DNA of 64,000 nt from an uncultured bacterium (GCA_963695095.1 CAVOFT010000001.1:192001-256000); one strand, 5' to 3'; positions 29,514 to 39,101 are shown, counted from the stretch's first letter. Program-made: numbers and translations. The notes: generated by a model from the sequence alone, not told the origin.

Positions 29514-32500
29514 ATGCGCCGGATCGCTGTCGTCGCTCTGTTGCTCGTTCTCTTTACCTTACCCGCACAGGCCCAGCGCGTCGGTCCCGACGAGGCGCGC
29601 CAGGCCGGCGAGGCATTCCTGGCCTGGAAGCTGGCCGGCGCCGACGGCTGGGCCGGCCGCAGCGCCGCCGGCATCACTGCCTGCCAACCCCTCGTCGAGA
29701 ACGGCCGCGTCTACGCCTACTGGCTGCCGGTGTCGCCGGCCGGGCATCTGATCGTCTCGCCCTTGCGCCAGTTGCCGGCCGTCAAGGCATGGTCGGAGAC
29801 CGACGACTTCGACCCCGATCAGCGGGACGGCTATCCGCTGCTCATTCGGCAGGTGATGAACGCGAGCCTCGACTACCTCGTCGACACCTACGGCTCGCTG
29901 GACACCCTGCCCCGCGATGTGGCTCCGGCCAGCAACCGCGAATCCTGGACTTGGTTGCTCGATGGCGGCTCGGCTCCGCGCAGCCGCGACCTCGTGGGTC
30001 CGCTGGTCCCCGCGCTCTGGCACCAGAGCGCACCCTACTGGAATGATTGCCCGGCCGGCGACGGCGGGCAGTGCCTCGTCGGCTGCGTGGCCACATCGGC
30101 CGCCATGATCATGAACTACTGGCAGTATCCGCCGGCGGGTATCAGCAATCCTTCCTACTCCTGGAACGGCGACGACTCCTGTGGCGGGCAGTACGGCGGC
30201 GGACTGCTGCAGGTCACCTGCATCGATCCCTATGACTGGACGAGCATCCTGAATACCTACACCGCCGGCTACACGCCCGAACAGGCGGCGGCCGTGGCCG
30301 AGCTCAACTACGAAGTGGCCGTCGCCTTCCACATGGACTTCGGCCACTGCGCATCGGGAGCCTACGTCAGCGATGGCGAGACCGTGTACGAGGACGTCTT
30401 CGACTATCGGGAAGGCGCCACTTTCGTTCAGCGCTCCAACTATGACCAGGACGAATGGTGGGAGCTGATCGTCTCGGAGCTGCAGCAGTTGCCGCCGCGG
30501 CCCATCCACTACCGGATCTACGCCCACTCGATCATCTGCGACGGTTACCAGGACAACAGTAACCGTTACTACCACGTGAACTACGGCTGGGGCGGCTCGA
30601 ACAATGCCTGGTACGCCCTGGACAACCTCTTCTGCAACTGGGCGGGCTGCGACATCATGCAGGAGGGGCTGCTGTTCGGCCTCGAACCGCGCAACTACTT
30701 CCCCGTGAGCGAACCGGGCACCGCGACCATCTGGACCCACGGCGAGGAGCCGGCGCTGCCCATCTCCTGGTCCGGCTCGACGGCCGGGCAGGTGATCATC
30801 GACCTCTACAAGGGAGAGGTCCGCCTGGGCACCGTCGTCGACTGGACGGCGAACGACGGCAGCGAACCGCTCAACTACGCGGTGCTCGCGAGCTGGGGCA
30901 CAGGTGCGAACTACCGCCTCAAGGTGGTGGGCGATGACAACAAGTTCGGCTGGAGCGCGGCCTTCGGTATCTACGGTGCCGGCGGCTGGAGCGATGTCAC
31001 AGCCGGCGCCCCCCTGGGCGACACCGGCAACGGGCAGGGGATGGCCTGGGGCGACTGCAACGGCAACGGCTGGCCGGATCTCTACCTGGCCAACGAGATG
31101 TCGGGCAACCATCTCTTCGACAACCAGGCGGGAGCGAACTTCACTGACATCACCGCCGCACCCCTCAACGTGGCCGGGCACTCGCGCGGAGCCGCCTGGG
31201 CCGATGTCGACAATGACGGCGATCTGGATCTTTACCTGGCCCAGACCACCGGCAACGCGAACTTCCTCTTCCGCAACGACGGCGGCACCTTTACGGATAT
31301 CACCGCCGGCCCGCTCGGGGACACTTCCTACAGCTCCGACTGCGCCTGGGCGGACTACGATGCCGATGGCTTGGTGGACCTCTACATCACCAACATCTAC
31401 GCCGCGGACAAGCTGCTGCACAACGAGGGCGACGGCGTGTTCAGCGATGCTACCGCGGCGCCGCTCGGCGACACGGGCTACGGTCGCTCGGCGGTGTGGG
31501 GAGACTACGACGGCGACGGCGATCTCGACCTTTACCTGGTGCGCAGCGGCACGAACTTCCTGTTCCGGAACGAGGGCGGCGGCAGCTTCGCGGACGCGAC
31601 CTACGCCACGGGCACGGGCGACGCGGGGCTGGGCTACGGCGCGGCCTGGGGTGACTACGACAATGACGGCGACCTGGACATCTACATCAGCAACCAGGGC
31701 GCCAACGTGCTGCTGCGCAACGACGGCGGTTCGTTCAGCAGCGTCGCGGCCGGCCCCTTGAACGATGCCGGCGGCGGGCGCGGCGCCGCCTGGGGCGACT
31801 ACGACAACGACGGCTGGCTGGACCTCTACCTTTGCAACAACGACGGCGGCAACAAGCTCTTCCACAACGGAGGCGACGGCAGCTTCAGCGAGGCCACCGA
31901 TCCGCTGCTGGGCGACGAGGGGGCGAGCCAGTCGGCCGCCTTCGCCGACTATGACGGCGACGGCGATCTCGATCTCTACCTGGTCAACAGCAGCAGCGCG
32001 AACAAGCTCTTCTGCAACGAGAATGGCGGTCCGCACTGGGTGCAGCTCGACCTCGAGGGCACCGAGTCCAACCGCTGCGGGCTGGGCGCCTGGATTCACC
32101 TGCGCGCTGGCGGGCAGGACCAGTATCGCCAGGTGGGCGGCGATGCCGGCTATCTCTCGCGCAACAGCCTGACGGTTGCCTTCGGCCTCGGCGATGCCGA
32201 CACCATCGACCTGCTCGAGATCCGCTGGCCGAACGGCATGGAGATCTCCTACACCGGCATCGCTGCCGATGCCCGCCATCTGCTGCGGGAGGACGCGACG
32301 GCCGTCGAGACGGCGGCCGCGCCCGGCTTCCTGCGGCTGGGCAGCCATCCGAATCCCTTCAACCCCAGCACGAGCATCGTCTTCAGCTTGCCCGTGGCCG
32401 CGGGCGTCGACCTGGCGATCTACGATCTCAGCGGCCGCTGCCTGCGCGTGCTGGCAGAAGGGGCGGCCTATCCCGCCGGCGAGCATTCCCTGCGCTGGGA

Positions 32501-32603
32501 TGGCCGCGACGGCGCCGGCCGCGCCTTGGGGTCGGGGGTATACTTCTGCCGCCTGCGGGCGGCAGGCGAGAGCGTCAGCCTGCGGCTGCTGCTGTTGAAG
32601 TAG
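29514..32603 (+). CDS. C10 (streptopain-like) cysteine protease fused to FG-GAP repeats, ASPIC/UnbV domain and FlgD tail
   Basis: Prodomain; W.Q..PYW..CP, GCVATS (catalytic Cys), AHSIICDGY (His), HVNYGWGG; repeated WGDYD.DG.LDLY; SNR.GLGA...FGLG...EIRWP (UnbV); PNPFNP tail. Confidence 0.88.
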   Translation: MRRIAVVALLLVLFTLPAQAQRVGPDEARQAGEAFLAWKLAGADGWAGRSAAGITACQPLVENGRVYAYWLPVSPAGHLIVSPLRQLPAVKAWSETDDFDPDQRDGYPLLIRQVMNASLDYLVDTYGSLDTLPRDVAPASNRESWTWLLDGGSAPRSRDLVGPLVPALWHQSAPYWNDCPAGDGGQCLVGCVATSAAMIMNYWQYPPAGISNPSYSWNGDDSCGGQYGGGLLQVTCIDPYDWTSILNTYTAGYTPEQAAAVAELNYEVAVAFHMDFGHCASGAYVSDGETVYEDVFDYREGATFVQRSNYDQDEWWELIVSELQQLPPRPIHYRIYAHSIICDGYQDNSNRYYHVNYGWGGSNNAWYALDNLFCNWAGCDIMQEGLLFGLEPRNYFPVSEPGTATIWTHGEEPALPISWSGSTAGQVIIDLYKGEVRLGTVVDWTANDGSEPLNYAVLASWGTGANYRLKVVGDDNKFGWSAAFGIYGAGGWSDVTAGAPLGDTGNGQGMAWGDCNGNGWPDLYLANEMSGNHLFDNQAGANFTDITAAPLNVAGHSRGAAWADVDNDGDLDLYLAQTTGNANFLFRNDGGTFTDITAGPLGDTSYSSDCAWADYDADGLVDLYITNIYAADKLLHNEGDGVFSDATAAPLGDTGYGRSAVWGDYDGDGDLDLYLVRSGTNFLFRNEGGGSFADATYATGTGDAGLGYGAAWGDYDNDGDLDIYISNQGANVLLRNDGGSFSSVAAGPLNDAGGGRGAAWGDYDNDGWLDLYLCNNDGGNKLFHNGGDGSFSEATDPLLGDEGASQSAAFADYDGDGDLDLYLVNSSSANKLFCNENGGPHWVQLDLEGTESNRCGLGAWIHLRAGGQDQYRQVGGDAGYLSRNSLTVAFGLGDADTIDLLEIRWPNGMEISYTGIAADARHLLREDATAVETAAAPGFLRLGSHPNPFNPSTSIVFSLPVAAGVDLAIYDLSGRCLRVLAEGAAYPAGEHSLRWDGRDGAGRALGSGVYFCRLRAAGESVSLRLLLLK

Positions 32604-32609
32604 AAGCGG

Positions 32610-32637
32610 CGGCGGCGACACGCGGATGTCGCCGCCG
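32610..32637. terminator. Hairpin between convergent genes
   Basis: CGGCGGCGACA-CGCGGA-TGTCGCCGCCG, 11-bp stem. Confidence 0.6.
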
Positions 32638-32653
32638 GACGCGCAGTCTCGGC

Positions 32654-33799
32654 TCAGGCGGACGCGCTGCCCTGCTCGCGGCGGATCCAGAGCGCGAGGA
32701 AGCGATCGGCGATGAGGTAGGAACCCTCGTCGCGATCGATCAGATCGCGGGCGAGCAGGGTCGCGGTCGCGCGTTGCACGCTCGAGGCGGAGCTGAGCGC
32801 GTAGCGGGTGAAGAAGCTCGCCGCGGTGACGCTCGGCCCGGGCGGGTCGAGCGCAAGCCCCGTGAGCAGTCGCCGCTGGTTCAAGGTCAGCGACTCCCAC
32901 TGCGCGCTGTAGGCGTGGCGCTCGCGCGCAAGCAGCAAGTCGAGCGCCTCCTCCACCAGATCGACGTCGGCGGCCTGTCCGCGCTCGCAGAGCTCCCAGA
33001 CTGCGTGGCAGAGGTGCTGCGTGTAGAAGGGATGGCCGTCGGTGAGCGCGCAGAGGTGGTCGATCACGAGGTCGTCGATCGCGCGATCGCCCGCGGCAAA
33101 GCGCTCCCGGATGAAGGGCCGCCAGTACACCGTGGCGATGGGCCCCAGGGGATAGTGCCCACCCGCACGATAGAGGGGGCGACTCTGATCCAGCAGCATG
33201 CTCTGCAGCAGATGCTTGCGACTGCCGAGGAAGACGTAGGCGGCGTCGGACTGCGCCTGCACGGCGCTGCGCAGCGTGCGCTCGACGAGGTCGCTGTCGT
33301 ATTCGAAAACGCGCTGGAACTCGTCGAAGACGACGACGAGGCGCAGGCCCCGGTCTGCGGCCGCGCGGGCGGGCGCGGCGAGCACCTCTTCCAGCTCGGG
33401 CCCGGGGTCGCGCTGATCGCCCACGCCGACACTCAGCGTGGGCTTGCCCGCGTCGTCCACGCTGAGCACGGGGCGCAGGCGCGAGATGTAGCGCGTGAAA
33501 GCCTGCAGACGCCGCTCGGCCGTGCTCTCGAGGCGCTCGGCAAAGGCCTGGGCGAGGCGGCGGGCGAAGCTCGCCGCGCTCTCGGTGGGCCAGAGGTCCA
33601 CGTAGAGCTTGAGGTAGCGATCCGGCGGCAAGCCATCGAGAGCGCGCAGCACCAGCGAGCTCTTGCCCATGCGCCGCTCCGAGAAGACGAAGAGCCGCTC
33701 GCCGTTTTCCATGGCGCGGGCGAGGTCGGCCCGCTCGCGCTCCCGGTCGCAGAAGGCCTCGGGGCCCACGATCTGCCCATAGCGAAAGGGGTTGCGCAC
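32654..33799 (-). CDS. Archaeal-type/STAND-like AAA ATPase with probable C-terminal winged helix
   Basis: NPF.YG.IV....FCDRERE; Walker A-like SERRMGKSS; Walker B VVVFDEFQ; FLGS; GHPFYTQ; D.FL..WI. GTG 33799 follows a GGAGAGG RBS (ATG 33814 is an alternative). Confidence 0.82.
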   Translation of the reverse strand: MRNPFRYGQIVGPEAFCDRERERADLARAMENGERLFVFSERRMGKSSLVLRALDGLPPDRYLKLYVDLWPTESAASFARRLAQAFAERLESTAERRLQAFTRYISRLRPVLSVDDAGKPTLSVGVGDQRDPGPELEEVLAAPARAAADRGLRLVVVFDEFQRVFEYDSDLVERTLRSAVQAQSDAAYVFLGSRKHLLQSMLLDQSRPLYRAGGHYPLGPIATVYWRPFIRERFAAGDRAIDDLVIDHLCALTDGHPFYTQHLCHAVWELCERGQAADVDLVEEALDLLLARERHAYSAQWESLTLNQRRLLTGLALDPPGPSVTAASFFTRYALSSASSVQRATATLLARDLIDRDEGSYLIADRFLALWIRREQGSASA

Positions 33800-33822
33800 G
33801 GCCTCTCCGATCATATCAATTG

Positions 33823-33860
33823 GCGTAACGCAATATGCGTAACGCGTGGTGAGATATCAA
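33823..33860 (-). promoter_or_regulatory. sigma70-type promoter of the ATPase with tandem 9-bp operator-like repeats
   Basis: Minus strand TTGATA (33860-55)-N17-CATATT (33837-32). GCGTAACGC occurs at 33823-31 and 33837-45, bracketing the -10. Confidence 0.6.
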
Positions 33861-33890
33861 GAGTGCCATGCTAAATAGGCGATAGGCGAC

Positions 33891-33925
33891 TTGACAGGTT
33901 AAGTATCGTGTACTACAATGTACAC
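33891..33925 (+). promoter_or_regulatory. Near-consensus sigma70 promoter with inverted-repeat operator
   Basis: TTGACA (33891-96)-N17-TACAAT (33914-19); GTGTAC (33908-13) and GTACAC (33920-25) flank the -10 exactly. Confidence 0.85.
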
Positions 33926-33928
33926 ACT

Positions 33929-34306
33929 ATGGCAGACGAAGCACTTAGCAAGGAAAGCCCCTTCGGCGCCACCGTCCGCGAGCTGCGGGAGGCCCGCCAG
34001 GCCGGAGACCGCAGCTTCTCCCTGCGGCAGCTGGCCCAGCGCATCGGCGTGGAGCCCAGCTACCTCAGCAAGGTGGAGCGCGGCGAGACGCCGCCGCCCT
34101 CCGAGGCGAAGATCCTGCTCCTGGCGCGCGAGCTGGGCGAGGACCCGGACCTGCTCCTCGCCCTGGCCGGCAAGGTCTCCAGCGACCTGCAGGCCGTCAT
34201 CCGCCGCCGCGCGGCGCTCTTCGCCGCCCTGATCCGCGAACTCAAGGACCTGCCCGACCAGGCCGTCCTCCGCCTCGTGCGCGAGGTGCGCGACGGCGAC
34301 TGGTAG
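33929..34306 (+). CDS. XRE-family HTH transcriptional regulator
   Basis: FG..VRELRE....SLRQLAQRIGVEPSYLSKVERG..PP.E; probably leaderless from the upstream promoter. Confidence 0.9.
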   Translation: MADEALSKESPFGATVRELREARQAGDRSFSLRQLAQRIGVEPSYLSKVERGETPPPSEAKILLLARELGEDPDLLLALAGKVSSDLQAVIRRRAALFAALIRELKDLPDQAVLRLVREVRDGDW

Positions 34307-34320
34307 AAAGCGAGACCGCC

Positions 34321-35301
34321 ATGATCGAGCTTCGCCACGATGCCCTCGAGATCAGCTTTCCCGAGCTGCACAAGGATGCGCGCCTGCGCATCGACTTCCA
34401 GCGCACCCTGCGCCTGCCCGACGACGGTAGCGAGTACCCGCTGCCCGCCGGCTTCGGCAGTTTTCCGCTGCGCCACGTCGACGACTTCGCCGCGCGCCTG
34501 CCCGAGCGCTGGCGGGCTCACGGCGGCGTCATGCTGCCCATGTACCAGGCCGAGGCGATGTGGCTGAACTTCGAGAGCCCCGAGGACTACCCCTTCGCCG
34601 TGAAGATCGCCGCCGGCAAGATCAACGCCGTCAGCGGCGAGTCCTGGCGCGAGGGGCTACACCGTGATCCCCAGGACTACTGCGCCCTGCCCGGCCAGCC
34701 CTGGCTCGACGGCTTCTGCGTGGAGAAGGGCATCGTGCGCCAGTTCGTGGCGGCGCCGCTGGGAGCGGGCGCCACGGTGGAGGAGCAGCTCACGGGCGAG
34801 GCCGAGCACGGCGGCCTGCAGATCCTGGTCCATCCACTCAAGGCGAAGATCTGGCAGCGCGAGCAGCGCGCCCTGCATGCCGAGCTTGCGAAGGGGCCCC
34901 ATGTCGACGCCTACGCACTGCGCGCACTGGACATGGGCCTCGCCCCCGGCGGCCGCATGCGCCAGGAAATCTACCGCGACCGGCGCGATCTCGCCGACTG
35001 GGACCAGCGCCTGCGCGCGCGCTGCTTCGTTCACATCGCCGGCAGCCTTGCCTGGCGGGGCATCACCGGCGAAATGCCGCCGCGCCGACCGCTCGGCAGC
35101 AAGGACTATTCGGCCTTCGGGATCCCCTGGTTCGATTACTACGATGCCGAGCTCGAGGCTCTGGGCGGCGCCGCTGCCCTTGCGGGGCTGAAGAGCATGG
35201 GCCAAGTTACAGGTCTGCTGCGCGACGATGAGGCAGCCTGGGTCGGCTCGCCGATTCGGCTCAAGGATGAACGCGGGGCGAAGAGCGTCCGCGAGTTCTA
35301 G
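34321..35301 (+). CDS. Conserved hypothetical protein (FQRTLR.PDD...YPLP.G.G.FPL family)
   Basis: Strong coding bias; motifs GGV.LPMYQAEAMW, KINAVSG, QDY...P.QPWLDG, VRQFVA.PLG.G.TVE.Q.TG, MGLAPGG.M.Q.IY.D, G.PWFDYY. Confidence 0.8.
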   Translation: MIELRHDALEISFPELHKDARLRIDFQRTLRLPDDGSEYPLPAGFGSFPLRHVDDFAARLPERWRAHGGVMLPMYQAEAMWLNFESPEDYPFAVKIAAGKINAVSGESWREGLHRDPQDYCALPGQPWLDGFCVEKGIVRQFVAAPLGAGATVEEQLTGEAEHGGLQILVHPLKAKIWQREQRALHAELAKGPHVDAYALRALDMGLAPGGRMRQEIYRDRRDLADWDQRLRARCFVHIAGSLAWRGITGEMPPRRPLGSKDYSAFGIPWFDYYDAELEALGGAAALAGLKSMGQVTGLLRDDEAAWVGSPIRLKDERGAKSVREF

Positions 35302-35504
35302 ATGGGGGCCAGCCGCGGCGCGCGGACTGGAATGCTACTTGCCTTGGCTCCCGGCAGGCCCCCGGCCCCGGGAGCCTGTTTCCTTTATGAGAGCTTTCGC
35401 CAGGCATTGAATCAGCGTCGGGGCTCGCGCGTAACCATCCTCGGCAATCGGGTGTCTAACGACGCGGAGTACCCGAGGTCCTGCTCCTTCCCCACGAGGT
35501 TTTC

Positions 35505-35852
35505 ATGGCATTCCAGCTTCTTCACGTGGACTCAGAACGCCCGGTCCAGGATGTGGCCCTGCTGCGCCTGCGCGGCCGCCTGTCCGGGCCGGGCGCCGGC
35601 AAGAAGGTCATCGAGGCCGCAGGCGACCTGCAGTCCGCCGTGCGCCTGCTGATTCTGGACATGACTGCCGTCGAATACATGGACGGCACCGGCCTGGGCG
35701 CACTGGCCCAGGTCTGCTGCACGATGCGCGCCAGCAAGCGCCGCCTCGTCATCACCGGCATGAATGGCCGCGTGCGCGGCATCCTCGCGGCGGCCGACAT
35801 GCTGCCTCTGCTCGAAGAGGCCGATTCCGCAGCGGCCGCCATGTCCGGATGA
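35505..35852 (+). CDS. STAS-domain anti-sigma-factor antagonist
   Basis: LRLRGRL...LILDMTAVEYMDGTGLGAL...V..IL. Confidence 0.8.
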   Translation: MAFQLLHVDSERPVQDVALLRLRGRLSGPGAGKKVIEAAGDLQSAVRLLILDMTAVEYMDGTGLGALAQVCCTMRASKRRLVITGMNGRVRGILAAADMLPLLEEADSAAAAMSG

Positions 35853-36502
35853 GCGCGCCGAATCCCTGGCTGCGCGTGAGCGCCGCGGACTACGAAGGCC
35901 ATATGGCGCACCCGAGCGTGGATCAACTCGACTTCCTGGCCGCGCGCTTTGCGGACGCCCTGCGCGAGTTCGCGCCGCGGCGGCTCGCCCTGCTCGGCTG
36001 CGCAACGGGCAATGGCCTGGAGCAGGTCGACCCCGAGCGCGTGGAGCGGGTGCTCGGCGTGGACATCAATCCCGAGTACCTCGAGGTCGCCGAGGCACGA
36101 CACCGCAGCCGTTTGGGGGAGCGGCTCATCCTGCGCCGTGCCGATCTCGGCGACCCCGTCGCCGCGACGGCGGCCCTGGCGCCCGGCGATTTCGACCTCA
36201 TCCATGCGGCGCTGCTCTTTGAATACCTGGAGGCCGCCCGCCTGCTGCCCTTGCTCGCAGACGCGCTGGCCGCGAGCGGCACCCTGGTGGTGCTGCTCCA
36301 GCTTCCGGTCGCCGATCATGGCGCCGTCACCGCCACGCCCTACACGGGCGTGCGCGTGCTGGAACCGCTCCTGAAGCTACGCCATCCGGCCGGATTCGCC
36401 GCGGCCGCCGAGGCGGCGGGTCTTCAAGGCCTGAGCGAGGAAACCCTCGCGCTGCCCACCGGCAAGCGCTTCCACCTCTCCTGCTGGCGTCGGGGCGAGT
36501 AG
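35849..36502 (+). CDS. Class I SAM-dependent methyltransferase
   Basis: LLGCATGNG motif I; GVDINPEYL; FDLIHAALLFEY; ATGA overlap with the STAS gene. Confidence 0.82.
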   Translation: MSAPNPWLRVSAADYEGHMAHPSVDQLDFLAARFADALREFAPRRLALLGCATGNGLEQVDPERVERVLGVDINPEYLEVAEARHRSRLGERLILRRADLGDPVAATAALAPGDFDLIHAALLFEYLEAARLLPLLADALAASGTLVVLLQLPVADHGAVTATPYTGVRVLEPLLKLRHPAGFAAAAEAAGLQGLSEETLALPTGKRFHLSCWRRGE

Positions 36503-36517
36503 CCGCAGCGGCGCGGG

Positions 36518-37372
36518 CTAAGCCCAGGCGCTCTTGCGCCGCTCGGTGAAGTCCGCGAGGCTGCGCGGCGCCCGGCCGATGAGACCATTGATGTCCCCGG
36601 CCACGGGCGCCGAAGCGCCGGCGCGCATGGCGGCGAAGAGAGCGCTCAGGTAGTCGAGCGAGGAGGCGGGGAGCCCCTGCGCCGCCATGGCCTGGCGCAT
36701 GTCCTCGTCGCCGATGGGCTGATAGCGCACCGCATGGCCGGTGACGCTCGCGAAGTGGGCGGCCACCTGCTCCCAGTTCAGCGACTCGGGACCGGTGAGC
36801 GTGTAGGCGCGCTCGAGATGGCCTTCCTCGGTGAGCGTGACGGCCGCGGCCTCGCCGATGTCCTCGGCGGCGATGAAGCTGACGCGCGCGTCGCCGGCCG
36901 GCAGCCCGATCGTGCCCGCCTTGATCATGCCGCTCATCCAGCCGGGGTGGAAGTTGTCGAGGAACCAGTTGGGGCGCAGGATCGTCCAGGCGAGGCCACT
37001 GGCCTTCAGGCCGGCCTCGACCTGGCCGAGGCTCGAGGCGGGCGCGTGCTCGACGCCCATCGCGCTCAGCATCACGGCGCGCTCGAGACCCGCGGCCTTG
37101 GCCCGGTCCAGCAGGCCGCGCAGCTTGGGCGCAGCGCCGGCGTCCATCGGAGCGGCCATCAGGAGGAGGCGCTCGCAGCCTTCGAGGGCGGGCGCGAAGC
37201 TGTCCGGGTCGTCGAAGTTGAGGTAGATGCTGCTCACCGAGCCGGCGGGCGGCGCATAGGATTCCGGCTTGCGCGTGGCGGCGCGCACGGTGGCGCCGCG
37301 GCGAGCGAGCGCGGCGACGGTCGCGCGGCCGACGTTGCCGGTGGCGCCCGTGACGAGGATGCTCGTGCTCAT
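36518..37372 (-). CDS. NmrA-like/SDR NAD(P)H-binding oxidoreductase
   Basis: ILVTGATGNVG; WTILRPNWFLDN; Y.LTGPESL. ATG 37372 follows an AAGGAG RBS. Confidence 0.88.
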   Translation of the reverse strand: MSTSILVTGATGNVGRATVAALARRGATVRAATRKPESYAPPAGSVSSIYLNFDDPDSFAPALEGCERLLLMAAPMDAGAAPKLRGLLDRAKAAGLERAVMLSAMGVEHAPASSLGQVEAGLKASGLAWTILRPNWFLDNFHPGWMSGMIKAGTIGLPAGDARVSFIAAEDIGEAAAVTLTEEGHLERAYTLTGPESLNWEQVAAHFASVTGHAVRYQPIGDEDMRQAMAAQGLPASSLDYLSALFAAMRAGASAPVAGDINGLIGRAPRSLADFTERRKSAWA

Positions 37373-37503
37373 TGTCGCTCCTTTTCGGAGATGGAGGAGG
37401 GGGCTCAACACCCAAGGTAGCAAAAAGCTCCCGGCAAAGCCCGCGCGCTGGCCCCGGTCATCGGGTCTTCATATCTTGTGGCCGTGTGGAAGGGAGGACG
37501 ACG

Positions 37504-38037
37504 ATGACACTGACCCGCCCTGCGCTCCTCGGGCTCTTGCTGCTCACCGCCGCCTGCGGCAGGACGCCCGGCCCCAAGCCCTGCCTCGAGATCGCCGCTG
37601 CCGCCGGCACGCTCGAGGGCGCCTGGCGCGTGGCCACCGTGCGCTACGTGTGGGCGGACGGCAACGCCACCATTGATCCGGCGCTGCCGGGTCTCTTCCT
37701 GTTCGCGGGCGATCACTACAGTTTTGCCTGGCATCAGGGCGACGAGCCGCAGCCCGACTACGCCACGCCCTGGAAGCCCACCGATGCCGAGAAGGTGCAG
37801 AGCTACAACGCCATCGTCGTGAACGCCGGCAGCTACCGGCTAGCCGGGGACACCCTGATCACGCGGCCCTTCGTGGCGAAGACGCCGGAGTTCGAGGGCG
37901 GCGAGGCGCGCTTCACCTATCAGGTGACCGGCGACACGCTGCGGCTGGTGGGCGGGTCGATCTGGAATCACAGCGGCGAGCTGGACCCGGGCGCCGAGCG
38001 CTTCCATATCCACACCCTCTGCGTGCGCGAGCGCTAG
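37504..38037 (+). CDS. Lipocalin-like lipoprotein
   Basis: Lipobox TAA-C; LEGAWRV; AGSY.L.GDTL; Y...GDTL.L. Confidence 0.68.
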   Translation: MTLTRPALLGLLLLTAACGRTPGPKPCLEIAAAAGTLEGAWRVATVRYVWADGNATIDPALPGLFLFAGDHYSFAWHQGDEPQPDYATPWKPTDAEKVQSYNAIVVNAGSYRLAGDTLITRPFVAKTPEFEGGEARFTYQVTGDTLRLVGGSIWNHSGELDPGAERFHIHTLCVRER

Positions 38038-38948
38038 GCGGCGGGTGGCGTGCCCCGGCGGGCCCGCGCCGGCACGAACTGCCGCCGCTTGACGACGAGC
38101 GCGAGCAGCAGCCCCGCCACGACGAGCTGCAGCAGCACGCTCACCAGCGAGGACTCCAGGCCGAAGGCGCCGCCGCTGAGCCAGCGGGGGCCGCCGAGCT
38201 CGGCTTCGAGCCAGCTTGGCAGCGCCGTGATGCCCGAGTTCGGCAGGCCGAGCACGCCGTCCTGCAGAAAATTCCAGCCCAGGTGAATCCCGAAGACGAA
38301 CCAGAGCCGCCGCGTGAGCGCGAAGCTGGCGAGGAGGAGCAGGTCGCTGATCACGAGTGCGGTGAAGGCGAGCGGGTCCATGTTGGCGTTGGCGATGTGC
38401 GCGAGGCCGAAGAGCAGCGCCACGGCGATCATGGCGACGGCCGTGCCCGTCCACTCCTCGACGAGCCGGTAGACGATGACGCGGAACATCAGCTCCTGCC
38501 CGAAGGCGCCGGCGGCGAAGGTGGCGAAGGCGGCAAGGAGCATCCAGGGCGACTCGGCGCCGGTGACCCGGTAGAAGCCCAGCAGGGCCAGCACGCCGAC
38601 CAGCGGCAGGAGCAGGAGGGCGGCGAGGCCGACGCCGGTCGCGGTTTCGCGAAGCCAGCCGGCGCGGCCGATCTCCAGGGGCCGGCGGCGCTCGATGCGG
38701 CGCACATAAAGGGCGTAAAGCCAGAGCAGCAGGGGGATGGCCGCGAGCTGCAGCGGCGTGGCGAGAATGGTGGCGCCCGGCTCGGGCAGGCGGTCCACGC
38801 CGAAGGTGACGAGCAGGGTGAGCAGACCGATCCCGGGCGCCAGGAAGAGCAGCGCCACGGGAATTCGCAGCAGGGGGAACTGGAGCAGGCGAGCCGCTCG
38901 GCTGCGGGGCAGGGCGCGCGAGAAGAGGTCGACGGGGGCGGGGTGCAT
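38034..38948 (-). CDS. CPBP/Abi (type II CAAX) intramembrane metalloprotease family protein
   Basis: QELMFR, LFGLAH, LW...GIHLGWN, GGAFGLE; multiple TM helices. Confidence 0.85.
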   Translation of the reverse strand: MHPAPVDLFSRALPRSRAARLLQFPLLRIPVALLFLAPGIGLLTLLVTFGVDRLPEPGATILATPLQLAAIPLLLWLYALYVRRIERRRPLEIGRAGWLRETATGVGLAALLLLPLVGVLALLGFYRVTGAESPWMLLAAFATFAAGAFGQELMFRVIVYRLVEEWTGTAVAMIAVALLFGLAHIANANMDPLAFTALVISDLLLLASFALTRRLWFVFGIHLGWNFLQDGVLGLPNSGITALPSWLEAELGGPRWLSGGAFGLESSLVSVLLQLVVAGLLLALVVKRRQFVPARARRGTPPAA

Positions 38949-39101
38949 CGGCGGGTCTCCAGGGTAGCTGCCGCGGGGCGGTGAAAGGCCAGCCTACGCG
39001 CTAGCCCCGGCGCGGGTACGCGCGATTGGCTCGCCCGGCGCATTACCTTTCTGGAGAAGTGCTGCTATACTTGACCGAGAACTGCGACGAAGGGAGGCGG
39101 G

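Noticed and set aside
30990..32010. Regularly spaced DNA repeats as a possible CRISPR array (also 12290-14020 and 19560-20520)
   Set aside because: Degenerate, in-frame protein repeats (FG-GAP, WDG) with no identical repeat-spacer structure and no cas genes.
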